Source: an uncultured Solibacteraceae bacterium (GTDB lineage Bacteria; Acidobacteriota; Vicinamibacteria; Vicinamibacterales; SCN-69-37). From it: 64,000 nucleotides of DNA. The stretch is from positions 370 through 64,369 of the forward strand of contig CAYRGW010000004.1 of assembly GCA_964423815.1 (NCBI GenBank). The letters are read 5' to 3'. How positions within the stretch are numbered: position 1 is the first letter of the stretch; each line of letters begins with the position of its first letter. The notes below the pieces were generated by a model that was given only the letters and a program-made list of their open reading frames with translations, searched no databases and was not told where the DNA came from. A program made the position numbers and the translations under genes. Of this stretch, positions 1 through 9,353 are shown one piece after another.

Positions 1-9
1 CGCCCCGAC

Positions 10-240
10 ATGAAGTTCGAGGGCTCGTTCGACGACGAGCTCTTCGGTGTATTCGTCCTCGACAATGAAATGACCCGGATCGAGCGCACGGTCGACATCT
101 TTCCCACCTGCCGATGGGCTGACTGCATAGTGTCGATTGAGCGGGTGTCTTGGACGGCGTCCGAAGTCGTTGTTGTAGGTGCCGGCAGTTACGGTGACCA
201 GGCATTCCGCAAGACCTACAAAATTGGGCCGGCCCGATAG
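10..240 (+). CDS. Hypothetical protein, possibly 5'-truncated by the window edge; cassette-like ORF
   Basis: ORF track; stop TAG at 238-240 lies 11 bp before an attC-like site. Confidence 0.5.
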   Translation: MKFEGSFDDELFGVFVLDNEMTRIERTVDIFPTCRWADCIVSIERVSWTASEVVVVGAGSYGDQAFRKTYKIGPAR

Positions 241-251
241 TTGCGACGCCT

Positions 252-326
252 GCCCAACTCGGCATGCAGCCGACGGCGGCGTGTGCGATGATGGCGCCGC
301 CGCGCGGCTGATGCCAGTCGTCAGGC
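252..326 (+). mobile_element. attC-like integron cassette recombination site
   Basis: R'' GCCCAAC (252-258). Arm GGCAT-G-CAGCCG (261-272) pairs with CGGCTGATGCC (305-315), leaving one extrahelical G. Inner stem CGGCGGC/GCCGCCG. R' is GTCAGGC (320-326), with non-canonical GTC instead of GTT. Confidence 0.75.
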
Positions 327-348
327 GGACGAAGGGCGAGGCGAATCA

Positions 349-456
349 ATGAACCTGGCAACGTGGTCACCGTTTCAGTCGGATCAGGTTCGGAAAATGT
401 GCGCGCACTTGACCGCGGAGGCCGCGCCTCACCTCTCACATTGCACAGCCAACTGA
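349..456 (+). pseudogene. Short (35 aa) ORF, probable truncated cassette gene remnant
   Basis: ATG 22 bp after the attC R' box, the usual cassette start position; reads MNLATWSPFQSDQVRKMCAHLTAE... then stops early. Confidence 0.35.
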
Positions 457-538
457 TTACACCGGCAGAGCCAAATTGGATCCACAGTCAATCAACACCA
501 CCGAGCTAAACCTGGATCCGCGGACTCCCCAATCGTCG

Positions 539-1096
539 ATGCCGCATCGCTTCGCTGGAGCTTTGCTCTTGAAGTCGGCGCCCTATGAATCTTTAAAGGA
601 CGATCCACATTTGTGGCGGGAGAGCTTGTTAGTAGTGAGTGTGGTTGCCGTTTCCCACGGGGTGGGTGCAATTCTTCGATCCCCATCGCAGGGTTACGCT
701 GAACCTGCGTTGTTCACCTTCCTCTTCGGTTTCGTGGGCGAGATCCTGCTCTGGTTCGGGACGTCCGCATCGATCTATCTGGGCACGCGCGTGCATTCGC
801 TCCGGTCTGTTTCATTTGGCAACTTGGCGCGACCGCTCGGTTTCGCGGCGGCGCCAGGTCTTGGCGTGGTTGTGGCGGGTGCGCTTTCCGGCGCCGGGCG
901 ATCCGCAATCCCGATACTCGTCGTCATGGGCCTCTGGCGTTTGGCGGCGAGTTTCGTGGCGGTGCGGAGCGCACTTGGCGCGCGTACGGGTAGAGCAGCG
1001 GCGTGGCTGCTCCTCGGGCTGATTGCAGGTATCGCCCTTATGGGCGGGGGAACAGCGCTGTTGAACTTCACAAGGTCGAGCTTCACAGGGACCTGA
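539..1096 (+). CDS. Yip1-like multi-pass membrane protein
   Basis: ATG at 539 within ORF 476-1096; 5-6 hydrophobic helices; N-terminal YESLKDDP..ESLLVV resembles Yip1-domain proteins. Confidence 0.55.
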   Translation: MPHRFAGALLLKSAPYESLKDDPHLWRESLLVVSVVAVSHGVGAILRSPSQGYAEPALFTFLFGFVGEILLWFGTSASIYLGTRVHSLRSVSFGNLARPLGFAAAPGLGVVVAGALSGAGRSAIPILVVMGLWRLAASFVAVRSALGARTGRAAAWLLLGLIAGIALMGGGTALLNFTRSSFTGT

Positions 1097-1110
1097 CCGC
1101 CCGGCGCCAC

Positions 1111-1135
1111 GCAGCTTATCCTCGATACGTTAGCC
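1111..1135 (+). mobile_element. Right half of an attC-like site (L' + R')
   Basis: GCAGCTTATCCTCGATACGTTAGCC ends in a canonical GTTRRRY box (GTTAGCC, 1129-1135); left half not recognisable. Confidence 0.45.
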
Positions 1136-1283
1136 AGACAACGAAGCAATCGTCTCGATTGACGGAGGGTCCACGACGTGCCATACAAGGGAATCAGGAT
1201 CGGCTGGAGCGTCACGTTGCTGAACTTCGGGCAAACGACTCCAGGTCCCATGCAGCTGGACGCTAGACCAGACAGGGGTTGAG

Positions 1284-1595
1284 ATGAAGGTCTATCTGAC
1301 AATCGGCTCGGTACCTGAGCTGCGCGGCCTCCCCACCGAGGACCAGACGAGACTCTTTGTCGCCGCACGGAAGCGTGCTCGCCGGGAACTGCGGTCGAAG
1401 TACTGGGCATCGTTCATCGCCCTGATCGGTGGAACCACCATCCTGGTGGGCCTGCTGAGTCTGCGTTATGGTGGTGGTCCTCTCTTCGCGATGGCCGGTG
1501 CTGGCCTTGGTGGCCTCGCCTTCGGACAACTGGAGGTATCTTGGATCCGGTCGCGTCTGGGCGAGGCGAAACCCATCACCCTGTTCGCAGAATAG
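1284..1595 (+). CDS. Small membrane protein (2 TM)
   Basis: ORF track; two hydrophobic segments; purine-rich sequence upstream. Confidence 0.6.
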   Translation: MKVYLTIGSVPELRGLPTEDQTRLFVAARKRARRELRSKYWASFIALIGGTTILVGLLSLRYGGGPLFAMAGAGLGGLAFGQLEVSWIRSRLGEAKPITLFAE

Positions 1596-1620
1596 CAAGC
1601 AATCTCGGCCACGTATTCGT

Positions 1621-2334
1621 ATGATGCATCCTGTTCGCGCAAGTGCCCTTCTCGTTCTCGTTGGAGCCGTCTCTTCCGGCCCGGTCGCGATGGTGGTCGT
1701 CACGCGACTGGCTCCTCAGCCCGCGTGGCGTGATGCGGCGCTGTTCGGCGCGCACTACTCCTCAATCCAGGCGCTGCCATACCTGTTGGGGTTCGTTCTG
1801 CTCGGCGGCTTTGTACTGTTCGCGGCGGCCTGCGCCGCGCACGCCGGACGTGCACAGCGAGTCCTTGCGTTCGGCGGGCTGGTCTTCACGGCCGTGTACG
1901 CCTCAATGGTCTTCACCAATTACATGCTTCAGGTCGGATACGTCCCCCGCACCCTGGGAAACGACCCGCTGGCGGCCGCGCGAGTCACGATGGCCAATCC
2001 GAGCTCGCTCGGCTGGTTCCTGGAGATGTTTGGATATGCGGCGCTCGGCGTCGGCACCGCGTTTCTCGCATTCTGCTTCGGCGGGTCGGCCCGGGGTTCT
2101 GCGATCCGATGGCTGTTAGTGACGAACGCGGTCGTAAGCGTGCTCGGCGCTTTCTACACCAGTGCGACTGATCGTTGGGTCTTCTCTACCGCCGGCCTTG
2201 TGTCGTTCGGAGCGTGGAACGCACTCGTCATTACGTGCTTCGGCCTTATCGCATTCACGCCAGGTGGCGGACTGCTTCGCGAGGATGGCGTGAGTGCGGA
2301 GGGACAACCTGGTGACAGGCCACAGACCAGTTGA
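1621..2334 (+). CDS. Multi-pass membrane protein, DUF4386-like
   Basis: ATG at 1621 in ORF 1468-2334; about 6 TM helices. Confidence 0.55.
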   Translation: MMHPVRASALLVLVGAVSSGPVAMVVVTRLAPQPAWRDAALFGAHYSSIQALPYLLGFVLLGGFVLFAAACAAHAGRAQRVLAFGGLVFTAVYASMVFTNYMLQVGYVPRTLGNDPLAAARVTMANPSSLGWFLEMFGYAALGVGTAFLAFCFGGSARGSAIRWLLVTNAVVSVLGAFYTSATDRWVFSTAGLVSFGAWNALVITCFGLIAFTPGGGLLREDGVSAEGQPGDRPQTS

Positions 2335-2388
2335 CCGCCGGTCGGGACCGTGATCTGGGTTCAGGCATTAGCTTGGCGGAAGGTCGGC

Positions 2389-2790
2389 ATGGATTCCTTT
2401 GACATTCTGAGTGTGCTCTCCGGCGTGGTGGTCGTTGCCTTCGGCCTGTTCCTGATTGGCCTGGCGGTTCTGATCTTCACAGCGCCGTCGCGCGCCGAGA
2501 GATTTCTAAGAGGATTTGCCAGTTCAGCCCTGACACACTACACAGAGCAGGGAATACGTCTCGTTGTGGGTGCGGCCATGGTCACCTTTGCGAGTTCGAT
2601 GCGGTATCCAGAGCTGTTCGCGTTGTTTGGCTGGCTTATCATCGCCTCCACGGCAGTTCTGCTGCTGATTCCGTGGCAATGGCACAACAGGTTCGCCAAC
2701 TTGGTGATGCCGCCAGTGTTCCGACGCATGAGGTTATTTGCGCTTGGTGCGTTTGCGTTGGGAGCATTTATCCTCTATGGCGTGTTTTAG
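2389..2790 (+). CDS. Hypothetical 4-TM membrane protein
   Basis: ATG at 2389 after GGAAGG; hydrophobic throughout. Confidence 0.65.
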   Translation: MDSFDILSVLSGVVVVAFGLFLIGLAVLIFTAPSRAERFLRGFASSALTHYTEQGIRLVVGAAMVTFASSMRYPELFALFGWLIIASTAVLLLIPWQWHNRFANLVMPPVFRRMRLFALGAFALGAFILYGVF

Positions 2791-2859
2791 GTGTGAAATC
2801 GGTCGGCGCGGCCGTTGGTGAGGGCTGACGTCCGGGCGGCGAGTAGAGTGGCGGGACGC

Positions 2860-3423
2860 ATGCGAGAACCGTGTCCAGGTTGTGGCGCCTTGTTCGCCCC
2901 GCATTCCGGTCCGACGCACCGGTACATCGGTGCAAGTGCTGGCTGCTGGGCGATGTATTCGGAATGGCTGATCGGTGCGCCCCAGAGCCACGAAGCGCTT
3001 TCACTGTCGGAGGCTCCGCCGCGAGATCTTCCGCCGGTCGAAGCACCGGAATGGGCCGGCGCGCTTGTGGTCGATGCGTATGCCGCGCAGCATCACGGCA
3101 CACCGTCCCCACAGGCAATTCAATCTGTAGCCGTGCACCTGCTGGCGCTCCACGGGACACTGCGCCGCGGCGTCGACCCGTCTGGCGCCTTGTGGATTCG
3201 TCAGCGGGCGCTCCGTCGGCGAGGTGGGTTCCACTGGCTGTCGCCACCGGACCCCTCGCGTGCGTTCACGATCAGGCACTTGTACATCAGCGCGGGTGAG
3301 AACCCCGTCTGCTCACCGGCCGAGTACGTGGTGTCAGTGTACCGGGCGTGGACGGCCGAGCATGATGCACAAATCGATGAGTGGTATCGCGAATACGTCG
3401 ACGACCACAACGTGGCGCCCTGA
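2860..3423 (+). CDS. DUF5946-like protein
   Basis: CPGCG; HRYIGASAGCWAMY; VDAYAAQH; QSVAVHL motifs recalled for this family. Confidence 0.65.
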   Translation: MREPCPGCGALFAPHSGPTHRYIGASAGCWAMYSEWLIGAPQSHEALSLSEAPPRDLPPVEAPEWAGALVVDAYAAQHHGTPSPQAIQSVAVHLLALHGTLRRGVDPSGALWIRQRALRRRGGFHWLSPPDPSRAFTIRHLYISAGENPVCSPAEYVVSVYRAWTAEHDAQIDEWYREYVDDHNVAP

Positions 3424-3430
3424 TTCGGCT

Positions 3431-3477
3431 TGCAGCCAACAGCGGCCTGTGAAATTGTTTGGTGCCGCCGCGGCTGA
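3431..3477 (+). mobile_element. Eroded attC-like site (core hairpin only)
   Basis: TGCAGCCAACAGCGGCCTGTG...GGTGCCGCCGCGGCTGA closely resembles 265-311; sits between two cassette-like ORFs; no R' GTT box follows. Confidence 0.6.
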
Positions 3478-3492
3478 CTCAAGAGAAGAATC

Positions 3493-4062
3493 ATGAGCGA
3501 TCGGATCGACCACATCGTCAACGATCTCGAGCAGATCACTCGAAGCGCTCAGGCTGCTTTTGCGCCGCTGTCCAATGAGCAGCTCAACTGGAAGCCCGCG
3601 TCAGACAGCTGGAGCATCGCTCAAAACCTTGACCATCTCATCACGATCAACCAACTGTATTTTCCGTTGCTCGAAGCGTTGAAGTCGGGTCCTGCACAAC
3701 ACACGTGGTGGGAGAGACATTCACCCCTGAGCCGATTGCTCGGGAAGACCCTGATCAGGACCTTGAGTCCAGAGAATCAGAAGAAGACAAAAACGAGCTC
3801 AAAAGCTGAACCATCTGCCAGCCGGATTGATGATGCCATCGTTGATCGTTTTGTTCAGCACCAGACAGCGCTGATCAAACATCTGCGACAAATCCCACCC
3901 AGCGTCGACCGAAAGGAGACGATCATTACTTCCCCGTTGCTTCGATGGGTGACGTACAGCCTCGACGATTGCATTACCATCCTCGCGGTGCATGAAAAGC
4001 GGCACATCCTGCAGGCAGAGCGAGTGATGGAGGCCGGCGGCTTTCCCAGGGGAGGCGTATGA
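3493..4062 (+). CDS. DinB family protein
   Basis: WSIAQNLDHL and HEKRHILQ His motifs typical of DinB_2. Confidence 0.85.
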   Translation: MSDRIDHIVNDLEQITRSAQAAFAPLSNEQLNWKPASDSWSIAQNLDHLITINQLYFPLLEALKSGPAQHTWWERHSPLSRLLGKTLIRTLSPENQKKTKTSSKAEPSASRIDDAIVDRFVQHQTALIKHLRQIPPSVDRKETIITSPLLRWVTYSLDDCITILAVHEKRHILQAERVMEAGGFPRGGV

Positions 4063-4424
4063 GCCTTGCACAAACCAACCGGCTGATGTTTGGTCTCTCG
4101 GCAGCCGCCACCGGGTGGTGTTTCATCGCCGCGGTCTGGATGACCACACTTCCGATGATGAGCGGGGGGCGCCGACCGTCCGTTGGCGAGGCGATCGCCA
4201 TGGTCTCGGTGCCGGCGGTGGCGTCCGCGGGCGCAAGTTGGGCCGCGTGGCATGGCCGTCGTGGACTGCTGTTGGCAGCGGCGGTGGTTGTCGGCCTCTT
4301 CACGCTGATCATGGGCTTCTCGGTAGGCAACGCCTTCCTTCCTACGTGCGGCCTGCTCGCCTGGGCCGTCATCGCGAGCATTGATGCAGGTCCACGGTCC
4401 AGTGATCCCGACAGCGCAGTCTAG
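4059..4424 (+). CDS. Small 4-TM membrane protein
   Basis: ATGA overlap with the DinB stop; hydrophobic. Confidence 0.6.
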   Translation: MSLAQTNRLMFGLSAAATGWCFIAAVWMTTLPMMSGGRRPSVGEAIAMVSVPAVASAGASWAAWHGRRGLLLAAAVVVGLFTLIMGFSVGNAFLPTCGLLAWAVIASIDAGPRSSDPDSAV

Positions 4425-4490
4425 CGACGTCAAGACCAGGCCCGGTCGCAGTCGAAAGGCACTCGATGTTGTCGAGTGGCCACTGGGAAA

Positions 4491-5108
4491 ATGCAGGCCG
4501 ATCTCGTGAACCTGGAATCCTACAACGCGATTGCCGAGCGCTGGGACAAGCAGCGCGTCCACCTGTCTCCTGCCGAGGCCCGCATTCTGCCGCTGGTGAC
4601 ACACGGACTTGCGCCGGGCGCACGGCTCCTTGATCTCGGCTGCGGCACAGGACAGCCCGTGGCCACCCACTTCGCCACCGCCGGTTTTCATGTCACCGGT
4701 GTTGATCAGTCCTCAGCCATGCTCGCGCTCGCGCAACACCGCCTGCCGGATCACCAATGGCTGCTGGGCAGCATCGAGGATTTCCCGAAGGTTGACCACA
4801 TCGCGGCGGTCATCGCCTGGGACTCGTTGTTCCATATTCCGCGCGACCGGCACGCGGCGATCGTGCGCCGGGTGCGGGAGACCCTGCCCTCAGACGGGCG
4901 CTTCGCGCTGACCGTGGGAGGCTCGGAACACCCGGCCTTCACCGACACCATGTTCGATCGCACCTTCTTCTACGATTCACACTCGCCGCAACACACGGTG
5001 CTTCTGCTGGAGGCCTCCGGCTTTCGCATCGTCCACGAGGAATACCTGAATCGTCCAGATGGCGCGCGCGACAAGGGCCGTGTGGCCCTGGTGGCAGCCG
5101 CCGTGTGA
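4491..5108 (+). CDS. Class I SAM-dependent methyltransferase
   Basis: LLDLGCGTG motif I; GVDQS motif II; AWDSLFH. Confidence 0.9.
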   Translation: MQADLVNLESYNAIAERWDKQRVHLSPAEARILPLVTHGLAPGARLLDLGCGTGQPVATHFATAGFHVTGVDQSSAMLALAQHRLPDHQWLLGSIEDFPKVDHIAAVIAWDSLFHIPRDRHAAIVRRVRETLPSDGRFALTVGGSEHPAFTDTMFDRTFFYDSHSPQHTVLLLEASGFRIVHEEYLNRPDGARDKGRVALVAAAV

Positions 5109-5139
5109 GGCTGGTGATAGGCTGGCCGCTGACCTCCAA

Positions 5140-5967
5140 ATGAGCAACGTGAGTACCGGCGACAATCCTGACCCTGCTCCTGCCGAGACGGCCGCGCTGG
5201 AACGGGAGCGCTACGAACTTCTGCAGCGGCTGGAAGACTGGCTCGAAACCCCGATGCTGGTGCTCGCCTTTGTGTGGCTGGCCCTGCTGATCGTCGAGTT
5301 GCTCCAGGGTGAGAGCCTCTGGTTCGAGGTCGTCGGAACCACTATCTGGGGCATCTTTGTCCTCGATTTTGCGGTCGAGCTCATTCTTGCCCCACACAGG
5401 ATTGCGCACCTCAAGCGGAACTGGCTGACCGTCATTTCGTTGCTGATCCCCGCCCTCCGTCTCTTCCGCATCTTCCGTGTCTTTCGACTGCTCCGGCTGG
5501 CGAGGGCCACCCGCAGCCTGCGGTTGGTCCGTGTCGTCAGCTCGCTGAACCGCGGCATGCACGCCCTGAGCGCGAGCCTGAGCCGCCGCGGCTTTGGCTA
5601 CGTGATCGCCCTCACCGTGCTTGTCACATTCGCCGGCGCGGCTGGGATCTACGCCTTCGAGCACGAGTCACCAGGCGGCCCGCAGAGTTACGGCGAGTCG
5701 TTGTGGTGGACGGCCATGATCATGACGACGATGGGATCGCAGTACTGGCCACAGACGATCGAAGGCCGCGTGTTGTGCGTCATCCTGGCGTTGTACGCCT
5801 TCGGCGTGTTCGGCTACGTGACGGCCACCCTGGCCACCTTTTTTGTCGGCCGCGACGCCGAGAGTGAGGACGCGGAGCTGGCGGGTGCAAAACAACTCGC
5901 CGCCCTCAGCGAGGAAGGGAGAGCCCTGCGCGAGGAAATCCAGACCCGCCTGCCCGGCTTGAAATAG
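5140..5967 (+). CDS. Voltage-sensor-containing 6-TM ion channel (K+ channel fold, atypical filter)
   Basis: Arg-periodic S4 RLFRIFRVFRLLRLAR; pore helix SLWWTAMIMTTMGSQYWP. Confidence 0.8.
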   Translation: MSNVSTGDNPDPAPAETAALERERYELLQRLEDWLETPMLVLAFVWLALLIVELLQGESLWFEVVGTTIWGIFVLDFAVELILAPHRIAHLKRNWLTVISLLIPALRLFRIFRVFRLLRLARATRSLRLVRVVSSLNRGMHALSASLSRRGFGYVIALTVLVTFAGAAGIYAFEHESPGGPQSYGESLWWTAMIMTTMGSQYWPQTIEGRVLCVILALYAFGVFGYVTATLATFFVGRDAESEDAELAGAKQLAALSEEGRALREEIQTRLPGLK

Positions 5968-5975
5968 ACGGCCTC

Positions 5976-6004
5976 GCAACCGTTTCCGGGGACACCCTGT
6001 CCTA
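5976..6004 (+). promoter_or_regulatory. Putative ECF-sigma promoter (autoregulatory, leaderless)
   Basis: GCAACC-N16-TGTCCTA ending 5 bp before the ATG of the ECF operon; fits the AAC/GTC ECF promoter pattern. Confidence 0.5.
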
Positions 6005-6009
6005 TAGGC

Positions 6010-6420
6010 ATGGAGCAACAAATGCCACACAGCATCGGAGACGCCATCATCGTCGCGGCACTGGTCGCGGGGTTCGTTGGCTACCTCTACATCAAATACC
6101 TGGAAAAGCGTCGCCGCCTCGAGACGATCCACGCCGAACGGGTCATGGCGATGGAGAAGGGCATTCCGTTGCCGGAGCTGCCGCTGGAACCGTCAGCCCG
6201 CCCTGACACGGGCGCGGAATCGCGGCAAGTCACGCTCATCATCGGTCTCGTGCTGGCAATGTTCGGGATCGGCTCGATGATCACGTTGTCGCTGATCGAT
6301 GAGTTCCGTCGGGCGTGGCCGGCGCCACTGCCGGTGGCGTTCATCGGCATCGGTCTGGTGCTCTACTACGTGATGACCGCCGCACCGGATCACTCGTCGC
6401 CCACCCGCCGTGGACACTGA
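6010..6420 (+). CDS. DUF6249-like membrane protein preceding the ECF sigma
   Basis: TM, then RRRLETIHAERVMAMEKGIPLP, then 2 TM. Confidence 0.7.
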   Translation: MEQQMPHSIGDAIIVAALVAGFVGYLYIKYLEKRRRLETIHAERVMAMEKGIPLPELPLEPSARPDTGAESRQVTLIIGLVLAMFGIGSMITLSLIDEFRRAWPAPLPVAFIGIGLVLYYVMTAAPDHSSPTRRGH

Positions 6421-6973
6421 CGGCGTCCTGGTCGCCCGCTGCGTTGAGCACGGTGACGACCGCGCGTTTGCCGAATTGGTCCGGCGGCACCGTGACCCCA
6501 CATTTCGTCTGGCGCTTTCCATTCTCGGACGGGAGTTTCAGGGCGAGGCCGAAGAGGTGACGCAGGAGGTTTTTCTTCGCGCGCACCACGCCCTGTCCAC
6601 GTTTCGCGGCGAGGCAAAGTTCAGCTCGTGGATCTATCGCATCACGTTCAACCAGGCAGTGAACCTGAAGGAACGGGTCCGCTACCGCGCCCCACATCTG
6701 TCCGCCGACGTCCTGTCCGGCCTGGTGTCTTCGGAACCAGATCCACACGACCAGCTGGCGACGACGCGGAAACATCGCGCGCTGGCCGAGTGTATGGCGG
6801 AGCTGCCCGAGGTGTATCAATCCGCCCTGCGGCTGCACTACTGGCTCGGCGCGGGTCTTGGGGAAGTCGCGGAGTTGCTGCTGGTGCCGGAGAACACCGT
6901 GAAGTCGTATCTCCATCGGGCACGTCGCCTGCTGCACGTCATGCTGCAGGAGCGAGGATTCACAAATGTCTGA
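6410..6973 (+). CDS. ECF RNA polymerase sigma factor
   Basis: Region 2 AEEVTQEVFL..FSSWIYRITFN; region 4 EVAELL.VPENTVKSYLHRAR. Confidence 0.93.
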   Translation: MDTDGVLVARCVEHGDDRAFAELVRRHRDPTFRLALSILGREFQGEAEEVTQEVFLRAHHALSTFRGEAKFSSWIYRITFNQAVNLKERVRYRAPHLSADVLSGLVSSEPDPHDQLATTRKHRALAECMAELPEVYQSALRLHYWLGAGLGEVAELLLVPENTVKSYLHRARRLLHVMLQERGFTNV

Positions 6974-7265
6974 ACAGGATCACATGGATCAACTGCTCTC
7001 CCAGGCGATGTCCGCCCCGGCGCCGACGTTGTCCTCCGACTTCGACCAGCGGCTCACCCGGCGGATGCCCGCGCGGCTCGACCGGCGACGTCGCCTGATC
7101 CTGATCGCCTATGTCGTCGTGGCGCTGGTGGTTTCGGTCTGGTCGATGCTCGCGGTGGGACTGGGGTGGTCGATGGTCGCGGGGTTCGTCTTTGTGCCGC
7201 TTGGGGTGGTGGCGGTGGTGTTCCGGCGACACCTCCGAAACTGCGTTGCCATCGGCTCCTTATGA
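6966..7265 (+). CDS. Putative small membrane anti-sigma factor
   Basis: Overlaps the sigma stop; short soluble N-terminus + 2 TM. Confidence 0.6.
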   Translation: MSEQDHMDQLLSQAMSAPAPTLSSDFDQRLTRRMPARLDRRRRLILIAYVVVALVVSVWSMLAVGLGWSMVAGFVFVPLGVVAVVFRRHLRNCVAIGSL

Positions 7266-7339
7266 CAACACCTCGGCCGCGGCGCGGGTGGAGTCGCTCC
7301 GGTAACCAGTCGGGGTAGAATCACCCGCGAGGTTTCCCG

Positions 7340-8011
7340 ATGGCCCACGAACGAATGGATCGACGGACGTTATTGCACGGTGTCGGCGCGGCCACGGCCG
7401 GCCTGGTCGTTGGCTCGGTGAATCTGTCGGCGCAGGCGGCGCCCGCCGCACCTGCGGCGACCACCTTCCAGCCGATGCGGCACCCCCAGGACGCGTGGCT
7501 TGACGGCGTGCCGGGCAAACATCGGGTTGTGCTTGATGCAGTGTCGCCCGATGGCGCGGCCCAGGGCATCGGGTACTCCAACAACGTTTACAACGCGAAC
7601 CGCTCGGGGTACGCACTCGAAAACGCCGACATCGCGCTGGTCCTCGTGCTTCGGCATCACGCCACTGCCTTCGCCTTCAACAATGCGATGTGGAAAAAGT
7701 ACGGCAAGGTGTTCGCGGAGTTGACCAGCTACAAACATCCGACCGACCCGGGCCCGCCCACTTCAAACCCGCGCAACTCGGGTGAACGTCCGCCGCTTGA
7801 TCGTCTGGTCGCGCGCGGCGCGCACATCATCGTGTGTGGTCTGGCGACCAACCTCTACGCCGGGCAGATTGCCGGCGAGGGTGGCGATCGCACTGCCGTC
7901 TATAAGGAGCTGGAATCCAACATGGTGGCCAATGCACACATCATGTCGGCGGGTGTGGTCGGGATCACGCGCGCGCAGGAATACGGCTACAGCATGATTT
8001 ACGTCGGTTGA
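7340..8011 (+). CDS. Tat-exported DsrE-like protein
   Basis: DRRTLL Tat motif; VLVLRHH; single Cys in IIVCGLA; C-terminal AGVVGITRAQEYGY resembles DsrE/F folds. Confidence 0.6.
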   Translation: MAHERMDRRTLLHGVGAATAGLVVGSVNLSAQAAPAAPAATTFQPMRHPQDAWLDGVPGKHRVVLDAVSPDGAAQGIGYSNNVYNANRSGYALENADIALVLVLRHHATAFAFNNAMWKKYGKVFAELTSYKHPTDPGPPTSNPRNSGERPPLDRLVARGAHIIVCGLATNLYAGQIAGEGGDRTAVYKELESNMVANAHIMSAGVVGITRAQEYGYSMIYVG

Positions 8012-8021
8012 CGCGGTCGGC

Positions 8022-9353
8022 GTGCACGTCGATACCGGTCTTGTTCGTGCGCACGGCATCGCAGCCCTTGTCACGCTGCTGGTGTCGGTCACGTTTGGGC
8101 TGATCATTTCCATCCAGCTGTGGTGGCCCGACCTCGGGGCCGGCGTGCCTGCGCTCAGTTGGGGACGCCTCCGCTACGCACATACCCAGGGCATCATGCT
8201 CGGCTGGCTCGCGAACGCGTTTTTCGCGTTTCTGTATCACGCCGTGCCCAGACTCACCGGCAGGTCCGTAACCAGTCCGGCACTTGGCCGATGGTTGTTC
8301 GGCATCTGGAATCTCGCGGTGATGGTGCCTGGTTGGGTGCTGGTGCTGGCCGGCGTCAGTCAACCGCTCGAATGGGCGGAGTTCCCCCTCGTCGTCGACG
8401 TCTTCGTCGCCATCGGCATCGTGATGGCCGTGATTCAGTTTGTGCCGCCGTTTTTTGCGCGCGGGTTGGAATCGCTGTACGTCTCGAGCTGGTACATCAT
8501 CGGCGCGCTGGTCTTCACGACGTTGGCCTATCCGATGGGCAACATCGTGCCGGAGTTTGTGCCCGGCGCCGCCGGCGCCGCATTCAGTGGATTGTGGATT
8601 CACGATGCGGTCGGGCTGTTTGTCACGCCGCTGGCATTGGCGATCCTCTATTTCGTGATCCCCGCCGTGACGGGGAAACCCATCTACAGCCACTTCCTGT
8701 CGATGCTCGGCTTCTGGCTGTTGTTTTTTCTGTATCCGCTCAACGGCACACACCACTACGTGTTGTCGGTGATTCCGATGTCCGCGCAATTTACCGCGAT
8801 CACCGCGTCGGCGCTCCTTGGTGTCACGGTCATCCTTGTTGTGGCCAACCTCCTGTTGTCCCTCCACGGTGCCGGCGCATTCCCAAAGGACCTCGGCCTC
8901 AAATTTGTGGTGATGTCGACGATTTTCTATCTGATTGTCAGCGTGCAGGGATCCCTGCAGGCGTTCATGGCCGTCAATCAGGTCGTGCACTTCACCGACT
9001 GGGTCATCGGGCATTCACATCTGGCAATGCTGGGTTTTGCGACGTTCGCGGCGGCGGGTGGACTGGTGCACGCGTGGCAACGCACACCGGGCGTCCGTTT
9101 TAATGAACGGGTGGTGCATCGCGCCTATTGGTGGCTGTTTGCCGGTGTCGTGCTGATGGTGATCGATCTGACCATCGCGGGGCTCGTGCAAGCACAACTC
9201 TGGCAGTCCGGCGCGCCGTGGATGGAGTCCGTGGTCGCCTCACGCCACGCGTGGATTATGCGATCGGCGACGGGTGTGCTGGTGCTCGGCGGGTTTCTCG
9301 ATTTGCTGCAGGGGCTGTTGACCGGACCGCGCAATCCCGAGGTGAACACATGA
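8022..9353 (+). CDS. ccoN: cbb3-type (C-family) heme-copper oxidase subunit I-like
   Basis: Six His ligands in [20 protein letters not shown] and WVIGHSH; helix VII Tyr in LYPLNGTHH; about 12 TM. Confidence 0.85.
   Translation: MHVDTGLVRAHGIAALVTLLVSVTFGLIISIQLWWPDLGAGVPALSWGRLRYAHTQGIMLGWLANAFFAFLYHAVPRLTGRSVTSPALGRWLFGIWNLAVMVPGWVLVLAGVSQPLEWAEFPLVVDVFVAIGIVMAVIQFVPPFFARGLESLYVSSWYIIGALVFTTLAYPMGNIVPEFVPGAAGAAFSGLWIHDAVGLFVTPLALAILYFVIPAVTGKPIYSHFLSMLGFWLLFFLYPLNGTHHYVLSVIPMSAQFTAITASALLGVTVILVVANLLLSLHGAGAFPKDLGLKFVVMSTIFYLIVSVQGSLQAFMAVNQVVHFTDWVIGHSHLAMLGFATFAAAGGLVHAWQRTPGVRFNERVVHRAYWWLFAGVVLMVIDLTIAGLVQAQLWQSGAPWMESVVASRHAWIMRSATGVLVLGGFLDLLQGLLTGPRNPEVNT

Noticed and set aside
1251-1272. 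Possible further attC right end (GCAGCTGGACGCTAGACCAGAC)
   Set aside because: No GTT box and no partner arm; the similarity to 1111-1140 is too short to call.
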